Positions 48,841 to 58,910 of a stretch of DNA of 64,000 bases are shown here, piece after piece; within the stretch, counting starts at the first letter, position 1, and each line of letters starts with the position of its first letter. A program made the translations under genes and the position numbers. The notes beneath the pieces were generated by a model. The model did no database searches. It was not told where the DNA came from and was given only the letters and a program-made list of their open reading frames with translations. The DNA is from Candidatus Daviesbacteria bacterium (GTDB lineage: Bacteria > Patescibacteriota > Microgenomatia > Daviesbacterales > UBA10151): assembly GCA_016176405.1 (NCBI GenBank), contig JACOXG010000004.1:9082-73081 (forward strand). The letters run 5' to 3'.

Positions 48841-49518
48841 TTATTCAAGAAGCTTATGTTTAATTAATTCAAGCTTTCTAGCATAATCTACTTGATCTAG
48901 TACAAATTGTTCATATCTTTTGGAATTTTTAAATAATGAGATAACAACTTCCTTATTGCAAATTTTATCTTCTTGTAATTCAAGATAGGATACATATGAT
49001 GACCAAGGATAGTCTCTTAAGTTTTTAACTAAATAGGAAGCAATTGGGTTTAGGTGTATATATCGTGATAAATGTATCAATTGTTCATCTGATTCCACTC
49101 TGACAGCCTTAAATTGTCCTTGGAAGAGTGGCCCAACGCGCTCATGACGTGTATTAAAGTACTTAGTATAGCTGTTAGAAACCTTATTAATGAATTCAGA
49201 GATTCCCTTTTCTTCGAGCTGCCGCAACATAAAGTGATAATGGTTAGGCATTAGGCAATAGCAAATTATTTCCACAATTCTTTTGTTCTTCTCATACTCA
49301 AAATCCTTAAAACGATTTAACTGAGAAAATTGAGGTTTGGGTCCCTGGAATTGGTAATAGTAGATCGTCTCTAAGAATCGATTGTAATCTCTTCGATCAT
49401 CAAATACCGGCATCTTTGCCACTCCACGATTAAAAACATGGTAGACTTGGCCAGTGGCCAATGGAATTATTCGATAGGGCATAAATTCTACTAAACCACA
49501 TATTACCCAAGGTGTCAA
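48841..49518 (-). mobile_element. IS200/IS605-type HuH tyrosine transposase, probable REP-associated tyrosine transposase (RAYT)
   Basis: HuH motif LMPNHYHFM, catalytic Tyr region LSRYIHLNPIASYLV (compare E. coli RAYT YIYINPVKHGWV); flanked on both sides by REP-like palindromes of the same family dispersed in the window. Confidence 0.75.
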
Positions 49519-49523
49519 TACAT

Positions 49524-49543
49524 TTCCACCTCGGAGGTAGGAG
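49524..49543. repeat. REP-like palindrome (ttccacctc-g-gaggtaggag) immediately 5' of the HuH transposase gene
   Basis: Matches the left-flank palindrome and family A arms. Confidence 0.8.
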
Positions 49544-49586
49544 TAAGTTTGGAGTATTGTATACTTAATAAATCTAACTAGAGCTT

Positions 49587-49919
49587 ATGAACAAACAACA
49601 AAATTTGCTTAAGATAGTTAAACTGTGGAAGGTAAATCTTACCCCTGAGTACAGAGGATTTAGGTGTGCGGATTGTCAAAGATATCTTTATAAAGCATAT
49701 CATCACTTTCTTGATTATGGAGTGTTTAAAGCTCCAGTTCATTTTTGTCATAAATGCCAGAAAAAATTTAGCCCAGCAAATGACATAAAGCATAAAATAT
49801 TTACCTGCGATAATTGCGGCAGGAATTTATATAAAAGCTTTCATGTTTGGACAAAAAGGAATAAAAAATTAACTGAAGAGCACTACTGTAAAAGTTGTTG
49901 GAAAAATCTGCTAAGATAA
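49587..49919 (+). CDS. Cys-rich zinc-ribbon protein (four CxxC pairs)
   Basis: CADCQ...CHKCQ...CDNCG...CKSCW. Confidence 0.45.
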   Translation: MNKQQNLLKIVKLWKVNLTPEYRGFRCADCQRYLYKAYHHFLDYGVFKAPVHFCHKCQKKFSPANDIKHKIFTCDNCGRNLYKSFHVWTKRNKKLTEEHYCKSCWKNLLR

Positions 49920-49923
49920 AGAT

Positions 49924-50949
49924 ATGAATTTAGACCCCAACAATGTGGAAGGTTCAACTGGGATGTTAACCTTGCAGTGTGAGCAGATTTGGCAAGATAT
50001 TCAAGCATTAGATTTTCCTCCGGATTTTAAAGATTGTCAAAATATAGTTCTTTGTGGGATGGGAGGGTCCGCATATGGAGGGTATGTAATTAATAGTTTA
50101 TATAAAGACCAATTAAAAATTCCCTTAATTTCTAATAATGATTATGCATTACCATCTTTCGTTAGCCAAAAAACTCTAGTTATTTTGTCCAGTTATTCTG
50201 GATCAACAGAGGAGGTTTTATCATGTGCCCAAGAAGCTTTGGGGAAAGGAGCCAAAATTGCAGGCATAGCTGGTGGAGGTACACTGTCAGAATTCTTCAA
50301 ATCCAATAATATCTTAAGCATAGTATTTGATCCCAAGCACAATCCCTCTGGACAGCCCAGATTAGGAACAGGTTATATGGTTTTAGGTACTATTGCTATT
50401 TTAAACAAAATTGGGGTAATTAGTGTTCCAGATGAACAAGTAAACCAAGCGATTTCTGAGCTGAAGACGGAGCAAGAAAATATTAAGAATATGGGTAGGG
50501 AGTTAGCAGCTAAATTCCAAGGATTTATCCCAGTGATATTTTGTGCCGAATTTCTGGAAGGCAATGCTCATATCTTAAGAAATCAGTTTAATGAAACAGC
50601 TAAAAGTTTTTCAGCTTTTTCTATCCTGCCTGAGTTAAATCACCATCTAATGGAAGGATTAAAAAATCCCGAAGATAAAAAATTAAAAGTTTTATTTATT
50701 ACCTCCGAGCTCTATTCTGATAAATTAAAAAGAAGAGTAGAATTAACTAAAGATGTGGTGGAAAAAAATGAGGTGGGATATGAAGAATACCAAGTAATAG
50801 GGAGTTCCAAGCTTTCTCAAATGTTAAATGCTTTGTCTTTTGGAGGTTACTTAACTCTTTATTTAGCATTCCTGTATGGCCAAGACCCTAGTTTAATTCC
50901 TTGGGTAGACTATTTTAAAAAGCAGTTGGAGGGAGGTGAAAAAACTTGA
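49924..50949 (+). CDS. Bifunctional phosphoglucose/phosphomannose isomerase (SIS-domain, archaeal-type PGI/PMI)
   Basis: Two SIS-like halves; CGMGGSAYGG and SYSGSTEE motifs typical of PGI/PMI family. Confidence 0.7.
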   Translation: MNLDPNNVEGSTGMLTLQCEQIWQDIQALDFPPDFKDCQNIVLCGMGGSAYGGYVINSLYKDQLKIPLISNNDYALPSFVSQKTLVILSSYSGSTEEVLSCAQEALGKGAKIAGIAGGGTLSEFFKSNNILSIVFDPKHNPSGQPRLGTGYMVLGTIAILNKIGVISVPDEQVNQAISELKTEQENIKNMGRELAAKFQGFIPVIFCAEFLEGNAHILRNQFNETAKSFSAFSILPELNHHLMEGLKNPEDKKLKVLFITSELYSDKLKRRVELTKDVVEKNEVGYEEYQVIGSSKLSQMLNALSFGGYLTLYLAFLYGQDPSLIPWVDYFKKQLEGGEKT

Positions 50950-51134
50950 ATCAAAAAACATACAATCAAGTAACAGGGTTAATATTTTCTGTGGTGGCGG
51001 TGGTTCATATTTTTAGGCTGGCGAATCGCTGGGAGGCAAATATAGCTGGCTGGCCTGTTCCACTTTTGGGAAGTGCCTTGGCAGCTGTGGTAGCAGTATT
51101 TCTGGCCTATTCAGCATATAAATTGATGAAATAA
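50946..51134 (+). CDS. Small membrane protein (62 aa, 2 TM)
   Basis: Hydropathy only. Confidence 0.3.
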   Translation: MNQKTYNQVTGLIFSVVAVVHIFRLANRWEANIAGWPVPLLGSALAAVVAVFLAYSAYKLMK

Positions 51135-51136
51135 GA

Positions 51137-52327
51137 CTACTCATGTCTTAATGCTTCGATGGGATCTAGTTTAGCTGCCCTGATAGCTGGAGCGACTCCG
51201 AAGATTATTCCTACCAGCATGGAGAAGCTAAAAGCCAGGGCTACTGACCAAATAGGAACGGTGGTAGTGAAAAATCTGCCAATTATAAATGACAGGCCAA
51301 TACCCAAAATAATCCCAATAATTCCACCAATCCCAGATAAAGTCACTGCCTCAATTAAAAACTGATTTCTAATATCAGAAGGTTTAGCTCCCACAGCTTT
51401 TCTTAGACCAATTTCTCTGGTTCTTTCTGTCACGGATACCAACATGATATTCATAATTCCAATCCCTCCCACAATTAAGGATATAGCCGCAATTCCTCCC
51501 AAAGCTGCTGTTAAAACCCCGGTGATTTGGGAGATAGTAGATAAAGTTTGTTCCTGTGTTTGAACAGTAAATTCATCCTCAGATAATCTTTTTCCCAAAA
51601 TACCTTGGGCCCTTTTTTGTACATCCTTAACATCTTCAGCAGTCTTGGCAGAAATATAAATGGTATTAAGATTCTCAATACCAAATTGTCTTTCGGCCGA
51701 AGCAAAGGGTACATAAATAGAGTTATCAAAATCTATGCCAAAAACAGCCCCCCTGGGTCCTAAAACGCCAATCACAATATATTTTAATCCCGCCACATCA
51801 ATAGTTTGATTCAAAGCTTTGCCTGAAGCAAATAGATTACTTTTAACTGTTGGTCCAATCACCGCCACTTTCTTGGAGGAATCAGCCTCAGACTGTCTAA
51901 AAAATCTGCCCTCTGTAATTTTAATGGAAATAACCTCTGGATAATTGGCCTCCACTCCGAAAACAGCTGCTCCCTTATCTGTTTTACTGCCATATTTTAA
52001 GGTAGCATTTCTTTGAATTGCAGCTGAAACATCCGCTTCACCATCTAATTTATTCCTTAAATTAATAGCGTCCTGGTAAACTAATCTGTTGGCCTGGACT
52101 CCGCCAGGGGATCTGGCTCCCCCAATCCTACCAGGGATAACAATCAATAGATTTGAACCTAAACCTTGAATTTGAGACGTAATAAAAGTTTGCAAACCGG
52201 AAACCAAGGAGATGAGCAAAATGACTGATGTTACACCGATCACAATACCAAGAATGGTCAGAAATGACCTCATTCTATTGGCAAGAATAGCAGTTAAAGC
52301 CGACTGTGTTGTTTCCAAAAAATCCAT
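51137..52327 (-). CDS. ABC transporter permease, MacB/FtsX-like
   Basis: N-terminal TM, large periplasmic MacB_PCD-like domain, C-terminal FtsX 3-TM bundle. Confidence 0.8.
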   Translation of the reverse strand: MDFLETTQSALTAILANRMRSFLTILGIVIGVTSVILLISLVSGLQTFITSQIQGLGSNLLIVIPGRIGGARSPGGVQANRLVYQDAINLRNKLDGEADVSAAIQRNATLKYGSKTDKGAAVFGVEANYPEVISIKITEGRFFRQSEADSSKKVAVIGPTVKSNLFASGKALNQTIDVAGLKYIVIGVLGPRGAVFGIDFDNSIYVPFASAERQFGIENLNTIYISAKTAEDVKDVQKRAQGILGKRLSEDEFTVQTQEQTLSTISQITGVLTAALGGIAAISLIVGGIGIMNIMLVSVTERTREIGLRKAVGAKPSDIRNQFLIEAVTLSGIGGIIGIILGIGLSFIIGRFFTTTVPIWSVALAFSFSMLVGIIFGVAPAIRAAKLDPIEALRHE

Positions 52328-52334
52328 AGTTAGT

Positions 52335-52401
52335 GACTAGAGTCGAGAGTCAAGAGTCTAGATTTGTTTTCCTAGACTCTAGATTCTAGCGACTAGACTC
52401 T
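52335..52401. repeat. Palindromic element family C between the MacB-like permease and ATPase genes
   Basis: gactagagtcgagagtcaagagtctag ... ctagactctagattctagcgactagactct; related to the insertion in uvrA. Confidence 0.7.
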
Positions 52402-53063
52402 ATTCTCCCATCCTTCAGCCTAATAATCCTCTTGGCATGTTTGGCAATATTTGCTTCATGTGTAATCATAATAATAGTTTTGCCTTCCCAATTTAGTTTT
52501 TGGAAAATTTTGATAATTTCCTCACCCGATTTAGTATCCAAATTTCCGGTTGGCTCATCTGCTAGAATAAGTTCAGGATTATTAACTAAGGCTCTGGCAA
52601 TGGCCACTCTTTGTTGCTGACCACCTGAGAGTTGATTAGGATGAGATTGCAGCTTGTCTGCCAGCCCCACCTCATCTAATGCCTGTTTTGCTCTTTGCAG
52701 TCTCTCTGGTTTGCTCACTCCCGCATAAATCAAAGGTATGGACACATTATCCAAGGCAGAGGTTCTGGGTAAAAGATTGAAAGATTGAAAAACAAAGCCA
52801 ATTTTTTGATTTCTAATTTCTGCTAATCTTTCTTCTTGGAGATGAGCTGTGTTTTGTCCATCAAGTTCATATATTCCTGAAGTTGGATGATCTAACAGCC
52901 CAATAATATTCATTAAAGTGGATTTGCCGGAACCGGAAGCGCCTATGATGGCTATGTATTCACCTTTTTTGACCACTAAATTAATACCTGCTAGGGCTTT
53001 CAGAGAAACTTCACCGCTGACATAGATTTTGTTTATATTGGTTAGTTTAACTAGGGTGCTCAT
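52386..53063 (-). CDS. ABC transporter ATP-binding protein (MacB/LolD-type)
   Basis: Walker A GASGSGKST, signature LSGGQQQRVAIA, Walker B ILADEPTGNLD, H-loop ITHE. Confidence 0.9.
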   Translation of the reverse strand: MSTLVKLTNINKIYVSGEVSLKALAGINLVVKKGEYIAIIGASGSGKSTLMNIIGLLDHPTSGIYELDGQNTAHLQEERLAEIRNQKIGFVFQSFNLLPRTSALDNVSIPLIYAGVSKPERLQRAKQALDEVGLADKLQSHPNQLSGGQQQRVAIARALVNNPELILADEPTGNLDTKSGEEIIKIFQKLNWEGKTIIMITHEANIAKHAKRIIRLKDGRIESSR

Positions 53064-54160
53064 CTTCCCCGAAAGAGACGAAGAATTCCCACGTCTCTTT
53101 GCTCATTTAAGTTAGATGGAGGATTAGGAATGACTTTATCACCCTCACTTAAGCCCTCTTTAATCTCAACTTCTGTATCTGACCTTATGCCGGTGACTAC
53201 CTTTTTGGATATTGGTCCCTGGGGGGTTTCTACCACCACTGTATCATCATCTCTTAAAGCCTCAATTGGTATTACTAAAGTATTTTTAGCCTCAGATAAA
53301 ATCACCTCAGCCTGGCCACTTAATCCCTGAATGAAGGTAATAGAAGAGCTCAATATAATTCTGACAGTGATGATGGTGGCACCAGAAGTGGTAGTTTTGG
53401 TAAAGGGAATAATCTGGGAAACCTCTCCTGCAAATGTTTGAGTGGGGTAGGCATCTAAAACAATTTCCCCTTTTTGCCCCACCTTTATTTTACCAATATC
53501 AGCTTCATCAATTTCCGAATCAAAATAAATTGTATCTGTGGTAGCAATTTTTAGGACAATATCTGTGGCAGAAAGTGTCTGGCCAATGATGGCGTTGACT
53601 TGAGTAATGATGCCCTTATCTGGAGAGACTATCCTGGTATCATCAAAAGAAATTTGGGCGCTTTTGACTCCTTCTTGTGCATTATCCCGGGCCACCTCGG
53701 CCGTAGTTCTCAGTTGCCGTTGAGTCATGGTTTCATTACTAGAGCCAATATTGGCAAATCCGCCCATGCCATATTGAAAAAGATGGATATCATCTATTAC
53801 TTTATCAACTGTGGCTTGTTTATCCCTTAAGGTATTTTTAGCCTCATTTAAGGCAATCTGCTGTTGTCTGCTATCTGTTGACACCAACAGTTGTCCCTGA
53901 GAAACCTCATCTCCTTCCTTAACACCCAGATAGGTAATTTTACCGCCGCTTTTCACTTTCAGATCCAAGGAATTTTGACCAGTCAATATACCTGATGCAG
54001 AAACAACCTCCTTGATATCTGATCGTGCCACAGTGTAAAACTCAAAAGTATCTTGAGGCCTTCTGGGAAAAATGAAAAATCCCACCAGTGCCAAAATAAT
54101 TAGCCCTATAATGATGAACCTTTTGTTAATTTTTCTTAACGCTTTGAGCCCATTTTTCAT
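53060..54160 (-). CDS. Efflux periplasmic adaptor (HlyD/MacA-type membrane fusion protein)
   Basis: N-terminal TM, coiled-coil hairpin, biotinyl-lipoyl-like and beta-barrel segments. Confidence 0.8.
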   Translation of the reverse strand: MKNGLKALRKINKRFIIIGLIILALVGFFIFPRRPQDTFEFYTVARSDIKEVVSASGILTGQNSLDLKVKSGGKITYLGVKEGDEVSQGQLLVSTDSRQQQIALNEAKNTLRDKQATVDKVIDDIHLFQYGMGGFANIGSSNETMTQRQLRTTAEVARDNAQEGVKSAQISFDDTRIVSPDKGIITQVNAIIGQTLSATDIVLKIATTDTIYFDSEIDEADIGKIKVGQKGEIVLDAYPTQTFAGEVSQIIPFTKTTTSGATIITVRIILSSSITFIQGLSGQAEVILSEAKNTLVIPIEALRDDDTVVVETPQGPISKKVVTGIRSDTEVEIKEGLSEGDKVIPNPPSNLNEQRDVGILRLFRGR

Positions 54161-54213
54161 GCGTGGCGTATTGTATAATATTTATATATTGAAGTAAAAC
54201 CCAGTTAAATTTA

Positions 54214-54837
54214 TTAGAGGCCAGTTTTCTTAGTTTCTATCAGTTTGACAATTTGCTCAATAGTTTGATCCAACTTTCCCGGCACATTTACTATCACACG
54301 ATCATAATTTTGTTGATATTTGTTCCAAATCAACTGGTCATCCCTCATTCTTTTATTGATTTCATCTTCTGGTAGATTTCTCTCCTTCAGTCTTTGCAAA
54401 ATAACATCCTCTGCACAGGTGATAAAAATGACCATTAATCCTTTTAGAATTTTCTCAGCTGTTTCTGGTGGAAAAGATTGTTTAATAAAATCCCTAATTT
54501 GACCAGCCCTGGATGGATCAATCCTCCAAATGGAGTCCTGATCAAGAGCTTTGTCTATCTCAGATTTGTAGGTGCCATATAAATTTCCTCCATATTCCAC
54601 GTACTCCACAAATTCACCCTGGGAAATTTTACGTCTAAACTCCTCCTCACTTAAGAAAAAATAATTAACTCCATTTCTTTCCCCAATCCTGGGGGAACGA
54701 GAGGTGGTGGTGATAACTTTTTTAACATTGGAGTATTTTAGCAGAAGCTGAGATTGGATAGTATCCTTGCCAGCAGCAGTTCTTCCGGTGAGGACAATTA
54801 ACATTTTAATTAAGACAGTGGGTACAACGGCAAGCAA
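54214..54837 (-). CDS. Guanylate kinase-like P-loop NMP kinase
   Basis: P-loop LTGRTAAGKDT; TTTSRSPRIGE...GVNYFF resembles the GMP-binding TTRxxRxGE..G.dYhF motif. Confidence 0.6.
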   Translation of the reverse strand: MLAVVPTVLIKMLIVLTGRTAAGKDTIQSQLLLKYSNVKKVITTTSRSPRIGERNGVNYFFLSEEEFRRKISQGEFVEYVEYGGNLYGTYKSEIDKALDQDSIWRIDPSRAGQIRDFIKQSFPPETAEKILKGLMVIFITCAEDVILQRLKERNLPEDEINKRMRDDQLIWNKYQQNYDRVIVNVPGKLDQTIEQIVKLIETKKTGL

Positions 54838-55175
54838 ATACTCTTATGTGTCCTCTGGGAAGAGTTAATCCTTGAATAATCCCCCCCAGAAGCAATCCTC
54901 TGGTGATGGAATGATCCAAAACCCCAATGGTGGTAAAACCTGATAAAGCTAGAAGGATAGAGAAATTAATCCAATGATGGAAATGGATGGGTCTGCCGAA
55001 CATATAAACTCTGATGATGGGGAAAAGTTGTAGCCTTTTGATTTTAATATTGGGAAGTTTTTTCCTTATTCTGGCATTAGGATGAGTGGTGGCTTTTAAG
55101 GTCCAGTAACCCAATGCTGTGGCAGGTACTAATGATAAATATTCCATGGATTATTTATATTGGATTTTTAATAAA

Positions 55176-55195
55176 ATGTCAATTGCAATTGACAT
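55176..55195. promoter_or_regulatory. Perfect 20-bp palindrome atgtcaattg|caattgacat in a divergent intergenic region (candidate operator)
   Basis: Read directly; lies about 30 bp upstream of ORF 55228 and of the divergent ORF 54806-55147. Confidence 0.5.
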
Positions 55196-55227
55196 CCTAC
55201 CAGTAATTACCCATAATTTAGGTAAGG

Positions 55228-56007
55228 ATGTTCCCTCGAAGAAGAAATACCATCTATCTTTGGCAATTGGTTTTGCTACTACTAGTCATTTTTCTGACCT
55301 TATTCCCAGTTTTTTATGGTTCTCCCAGAAAAACCAATATATTTAATCTTTTTTATGCCAAACCTAAATCATTTGCCGGAGAGATCAATATTATTCCTAA
55401 GGTAGATTTAAAAGTTACTTATCAAGGAAGCTCTTATGATGGAACGGTTAATGTCACCAAAGAAGAGACTCCGTTAGTTTTATCATGGACTGTGGAAGGT
55501 AATGCTACCTCCTGCATCGGTAGGGTGGGAGGATCAACCACAGAGGATTTTTCCTGGAAAGGATCAAAGGATTCTGCTGGGGGAACTTTTACCACAGCCA
55601 GACTTGATCAAAATAATCCTTATGTTTATACCATTGATTGTCAAAATGAGAGAGGGGACGCAGCAGGGGATAGCGTGGTCATTAACGTGGGAGCGCTATC
55701 ACAGAATACCCTTCCTCAGCTAATTAATTTGGGGATCATGGTGGGGGACGTGAAATTTGACGGACAAGCCCCGATTGAGGCAAGTAGCGGAGAGATTGCA
55801 CAATTTAATTGGACTTCGCTTAATACCACCACTCCTTATTCCATCTGCCTATCTACTGGTTCTTGGCCTACTATTTATCAGTATCTGGGGAATAATACAA
55901 TTTCGGAAAGCTTTAGGCTTGAACAAAGAAAAATTTACAGTTACCGAATTTTTTGTAGCAATGAGAGCTCGTATTTGGAAAAAACAATTTTTGTATTTGT
56001 TAAATAA
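55228..56007 (+). CDS. Secreted/membrane-anchored hypothetical protein
   Basis: N-terminal TM; beta-rich; no motif. Confidence 0.4.
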   Translation: MFPRRRNTIYLWQLVLLLLVIFLTLFPVFYGSPRKTNIFNLFYAKPKSFAGEINIIPKVDLKVTYQGSSYDGTVNVTKEETPLVLSWTVEGNATSCIGRVGGSTTEDFSWKGSKDSAGGTFTTARLDQNNPYVYTIDCQNERGDAAGDSVVINVGALSQNTLPQLINLGIMVGDVKFDGQAPIEASSGEIAQFNWTSLNTTTPYSICLSTGSWPTIYQYLGNNTISESFRLEQRKIYSYRIFCSNESSYLEKTIFVFVK

Positions 56008-56009
56008 TC

Positions 56010-57431
56010 ATGGAATACAAAGTGCCACCTAAAATTCAATATGGACCCGTCCCGGTGATCTTTGAGGATCCTAATAAAGATGATCAGGATAAAAAGATCA
56101 ACTTTCTCAAAAAGATTATTGAGATAGAAATCGGTATTAACATGGTGATTGGAGCAGTGTTGGTCTTTTTGGTAATTTTGATGATTGCCTGGAAAACAAA
56201 TCTATCTTCTAGGCCAACGGATCAATCTTCAGCCGAAAATTTTCAATCTCAGGTTAGGGTAGTTGAACCAGCTGAGGCTACTGATCAAAGAATTATTACT
56301 GCCAAAGGGATTGCCCCTATTTATATCCATGAACAAATCGTCAATATCGAGAGGGCTTTTAGTGCTCCTGCTGATGAAATAATCCTGACAGTCCACGGAC
56401 CCTTAAAAAAAGAAGTCTTAGGATTTTTGCCTTATTGGGCTTTGGATAAACTGGATGATATTAGTTTGAAGGTTTTATCACAGGTAAGTTGGTTTGGATT
56501 AGAGGTTGATGGGGAAGGCAATATTATCAAATCAGATCTCAATGGACAAACTGTGTCCCATTGGGCATATCTCAATGATCCAAAATTTGATAAGTTTTTG
56601 GATAAAGCTAAAAGAGAGAGGCTAAAAGTTTATGTGACTTTGAAATGTTTTAACCAGGACAATATTGTCAAAATTGCTACCTCGCCTGAAGCCAGGCAGA
56701 ATTTTATTAAGCAAGCCCTGTTTTTAATGAATTCAAAAAATTTTGATGGGATTAATTTGGATTTTGAATATATTGGTACTCCTACCGACAATGTCAGAAA
56801 TGGTTTTTCTTTGTTGGTGATTAATCTAAATAAGGAGTTAAAAAGGCAACATCCGAAGGCTCAACTGACTATTGACACCTTTATTGATGCAGCATCCAAC
56901 ATAAGAATTCATGATGTCCCAGTCCTAGCACAAAACTCTGATGCTTTGGTGATTATGGGTTATGATTTTTCTACTCCTAATTCATCTACAGCCGGACCAG
57001 TTGCACCGATGGAAGGAGGCTATTCCATTTTTAATTTTATGAGCAGTTATTTAGAAAAGGCTCCCTCAGATAAATTGATTTTGGCAGTACCCTACTATGG
57101 TTATGATTGGCCAGTCATATCTGCCTCATTTAATGCCCCTGTCTCAGGTAGTCGAGCTGATGTAAGAATCAGGCCATATGCAGAAATTGCTGATGCTACT
57201 AAGAATACTCAAATAAACTGGGACGAAGCATCTCAAACTCCTTGGTTTTCCTATATAGATGCGGAAAATGGAGCTACCAGAGTGACCCACTTTGAAAATA
57301 CCCGCTCGCTGGGGATCAAGTATGATTTTATTAATGATAAAAATCTAAAAGGAGTGGGTATCTGGGCATTAGGATTTGATGGGAAAAGAAATGATCTAGC
57401 TCAACTTCTCTCTGACAAATTTGCAAAATGA
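56010..57431 (+). CDS. Glycoside hydrolase family 18 (chitinase-like) protein with N-terminal TM
   Basis: GH18 catalytic motif DGINLDFEY (DGxDxDxE); C-terminal GIWALGFDG. Confidence 0.75.
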   Translation: MEYKVPPKIQYGPVPVIFEDPNKDDQDKKINFLKKIIEIEIGINMVIGAVLVFLVILMIAWKTNLSSRPTDQSSAENFQSQVRVVEPAEATDQRIITAKGIAPIYIHEQIVNIERAFSAPADEIILTVHGPLKKEVLGFLPYWALDKLDDISLKVLSQVSWFGLEVDGEGNIIKSDLNGQTVSHWAYLNDPKFDKFLDKAKRERLKVYVTLKCFNQDNIVKIATSPEARQNFIKQALFLMNSKNFDGINLDFEYIGTPTDNVRNGFSLLVINLNKELKRQHPKAQLTIDTFIDAASNIRIHDVPVLAQNSDALVIMGYDFSTPNSSTAGPVAPMEGGYSIFNFMSSYLEKAPSDKLILAVPYYGYDWPVISASFNAPVSGSRADVRIRPYAEIADATKNTQINWDEASQTPWFSYIDAENGATRVTHFENTRSLGIKYDFINDKNLKGVGIWALGFDGKRNDLAQLLSDKFAK

Positions 57432-57465
57432 AATCTAATTTTTTCTTAACATTTTCTTAACATGT

Positions 57466-58101
57466 ATGGATATGATAATTATAATGGCTGATAGTGAGAG
57501 AGAAAGAGGTATAGGTTGGGGGATACGAGATTTACCACATAGGCTAGGAGGGATACTTCGGATTTTTTCTCCTCGGAGTGATTTACAAAGTCTTTATGAA
57601 CAAGCGGCTTTAAAGCTTCTAAGCAGTTTACATGAAAACGGTTATTTTTATAATGAAAGTCCTAATGGTGATACAGGATATGAAAAGGTTTACCTTAGAG
57701 GAAATAGCGATCAAAGGAGATTTGATGTGGAACTGAGACACTCTGGAAGAGATATATTAACAGTTTGTGACAGTTTTAGCCTACCCTTTCGCACCCTCAG
57801 TTTTGACCTAACCCGCTTACGAGAACTTCATCCTTCACAAGGATATAATTGGCAGGCAAATCATGTAATTACAATCACATGCACTAACCGCGATACTATA
57901 CACCTTAATGGAGAATCTCCTGAAATTGAGGCAAGTTTAACCAGGAGGGAGCAGATAGAACTTCTTGAGGAAGTGATTGCTGCTGAAGATAATTGGAAAG
58001 ATACAGCAGAGGAGTTTATGGAATTCAGATTACATACTGATCACTCAAGAGTGGGCTGGATAAGTGAGAAGCCACCTTTCCCAAATCCCCTGGCAGCTTA
58101 A
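57466..58101 (+). CDS. Hypothetical protein (211 aa)
   Basis: ORF only. Confidence 0.35.
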   Translation: MDMIIIMADSERERGIGWGIRDLPHRLGGILRIFSPRSDLQSLYEQAALKLLSSLHENGYFYNESPNGDTGYEKVYLRGNSDQRRFDVELRHSGRDILTVCDSFSLPFRTLSFDLTRLRELHPSQGYNWQANHVITITCTNRDTIHLNGESPEIEASLTRREQIELLEEVIAAEDNWKDTAEEFMEFRLHTDHSRVGWISEKPPFPNPLAA

Positions 58102-58122
58102 TATGTGTTATACTAGATACTC

Positions 58123-58572
58123 ATGCATAAATCATTTTATGCAAGTGGATTCCTTTATAACCTAAAGACTAATCAAATTCTCTTGCTTCAACCCAAAACT
58201 AGGGATAATTTAGCCTCTAATTGGTCTATGTTGGGAGGGGAAAGTAAAGAAGGAGAAGATGCTCAAGATACATTTCAAAGAATAGTCTTAGAAAAGCTCA
58301 ACTTAAATATTAAAATAAAACATATTTACCCTGTTTATGATTACATTGATGAAGCATCAGATAAAGTTAATTATGTATTTTATGCTGAAGTAAAAAGAAA
58401 TCTAAATTTTGATCCTTTAGAAGAGAGCACTTTATCCTGGGTGACTTTTCAAGAAACCCTAAAACTTTTATTTTCCGCTCAAACGAAACAAGACGTAGTA
58501 GTTGGAGGACGGGTGATTGATGCCAAATGGCGAGAAGATGCAGCTATCAAAGCATATGATCAAGAAGAATGA
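58123..58572 (+). CDS. NUDIX-like hydrolase (degenerate Nudix box)
   Basis: GGESKEGEDAQDTFQRIVLEKLNL partially matches Gx5Ex7REUxEExGU. Confidence 0.4.
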   Translation: MHKSFYASGFLYNLKTNQILLLQPKTRDNLASNWSMLGGESKEGEDAQDTFQRIVLEKLNLNIKIKHIYPVYDYIDEASDKVNYVFYAEVKRNLNFDPLEESTLSWVTFQETLKLLFSAQTKQDVVVGGRVIDAKWREDAAIKAYDQEE

Positions 58573-58910
58573 GCTACGGGATACTAGGAGATTTGAGCCC
58601 CTTGACTAAAAATCCTTTGATAAATGCTTTCTTGGCAGTTTTATATATAGTTGTGGTGGCCTCAGTGATGTTTTATGGAACTAAGAATGCACCTAGAGTT
58701 GAGTCAGTTATTATCCCAATTGCCATGATTTCACTTTTTACCCTCTCTGCTGCTGTGATGGGATATCTTTTTCTATCTCAACCTCTTCAACTTTATTTAG
58801 ACGGAAAGAAAAAAGAAGCAGTTAATCTTTTTCTTCAAACCCTGGCTATTTTTGCAGGTATTACAGCTTTTACTCTAATCCTTCTTTTTTCAGGAGTTCT
58901 GTTTTACTAG
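58569..58910 (+). CDS. Small membrane protein (3 TM)
   Basis: Hydropathy only. Confidence 0.35.
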   Translation: MSYGILGDLSPLTKNPLINAFLAVLYIVVVASVMFYGTKNAPRVESVIIPIAMISLFTLSAAVMGYLFLSQPLQLYLDGKKKEAVNLFLQTLAIFAGITAFTLILLFSGVLFY

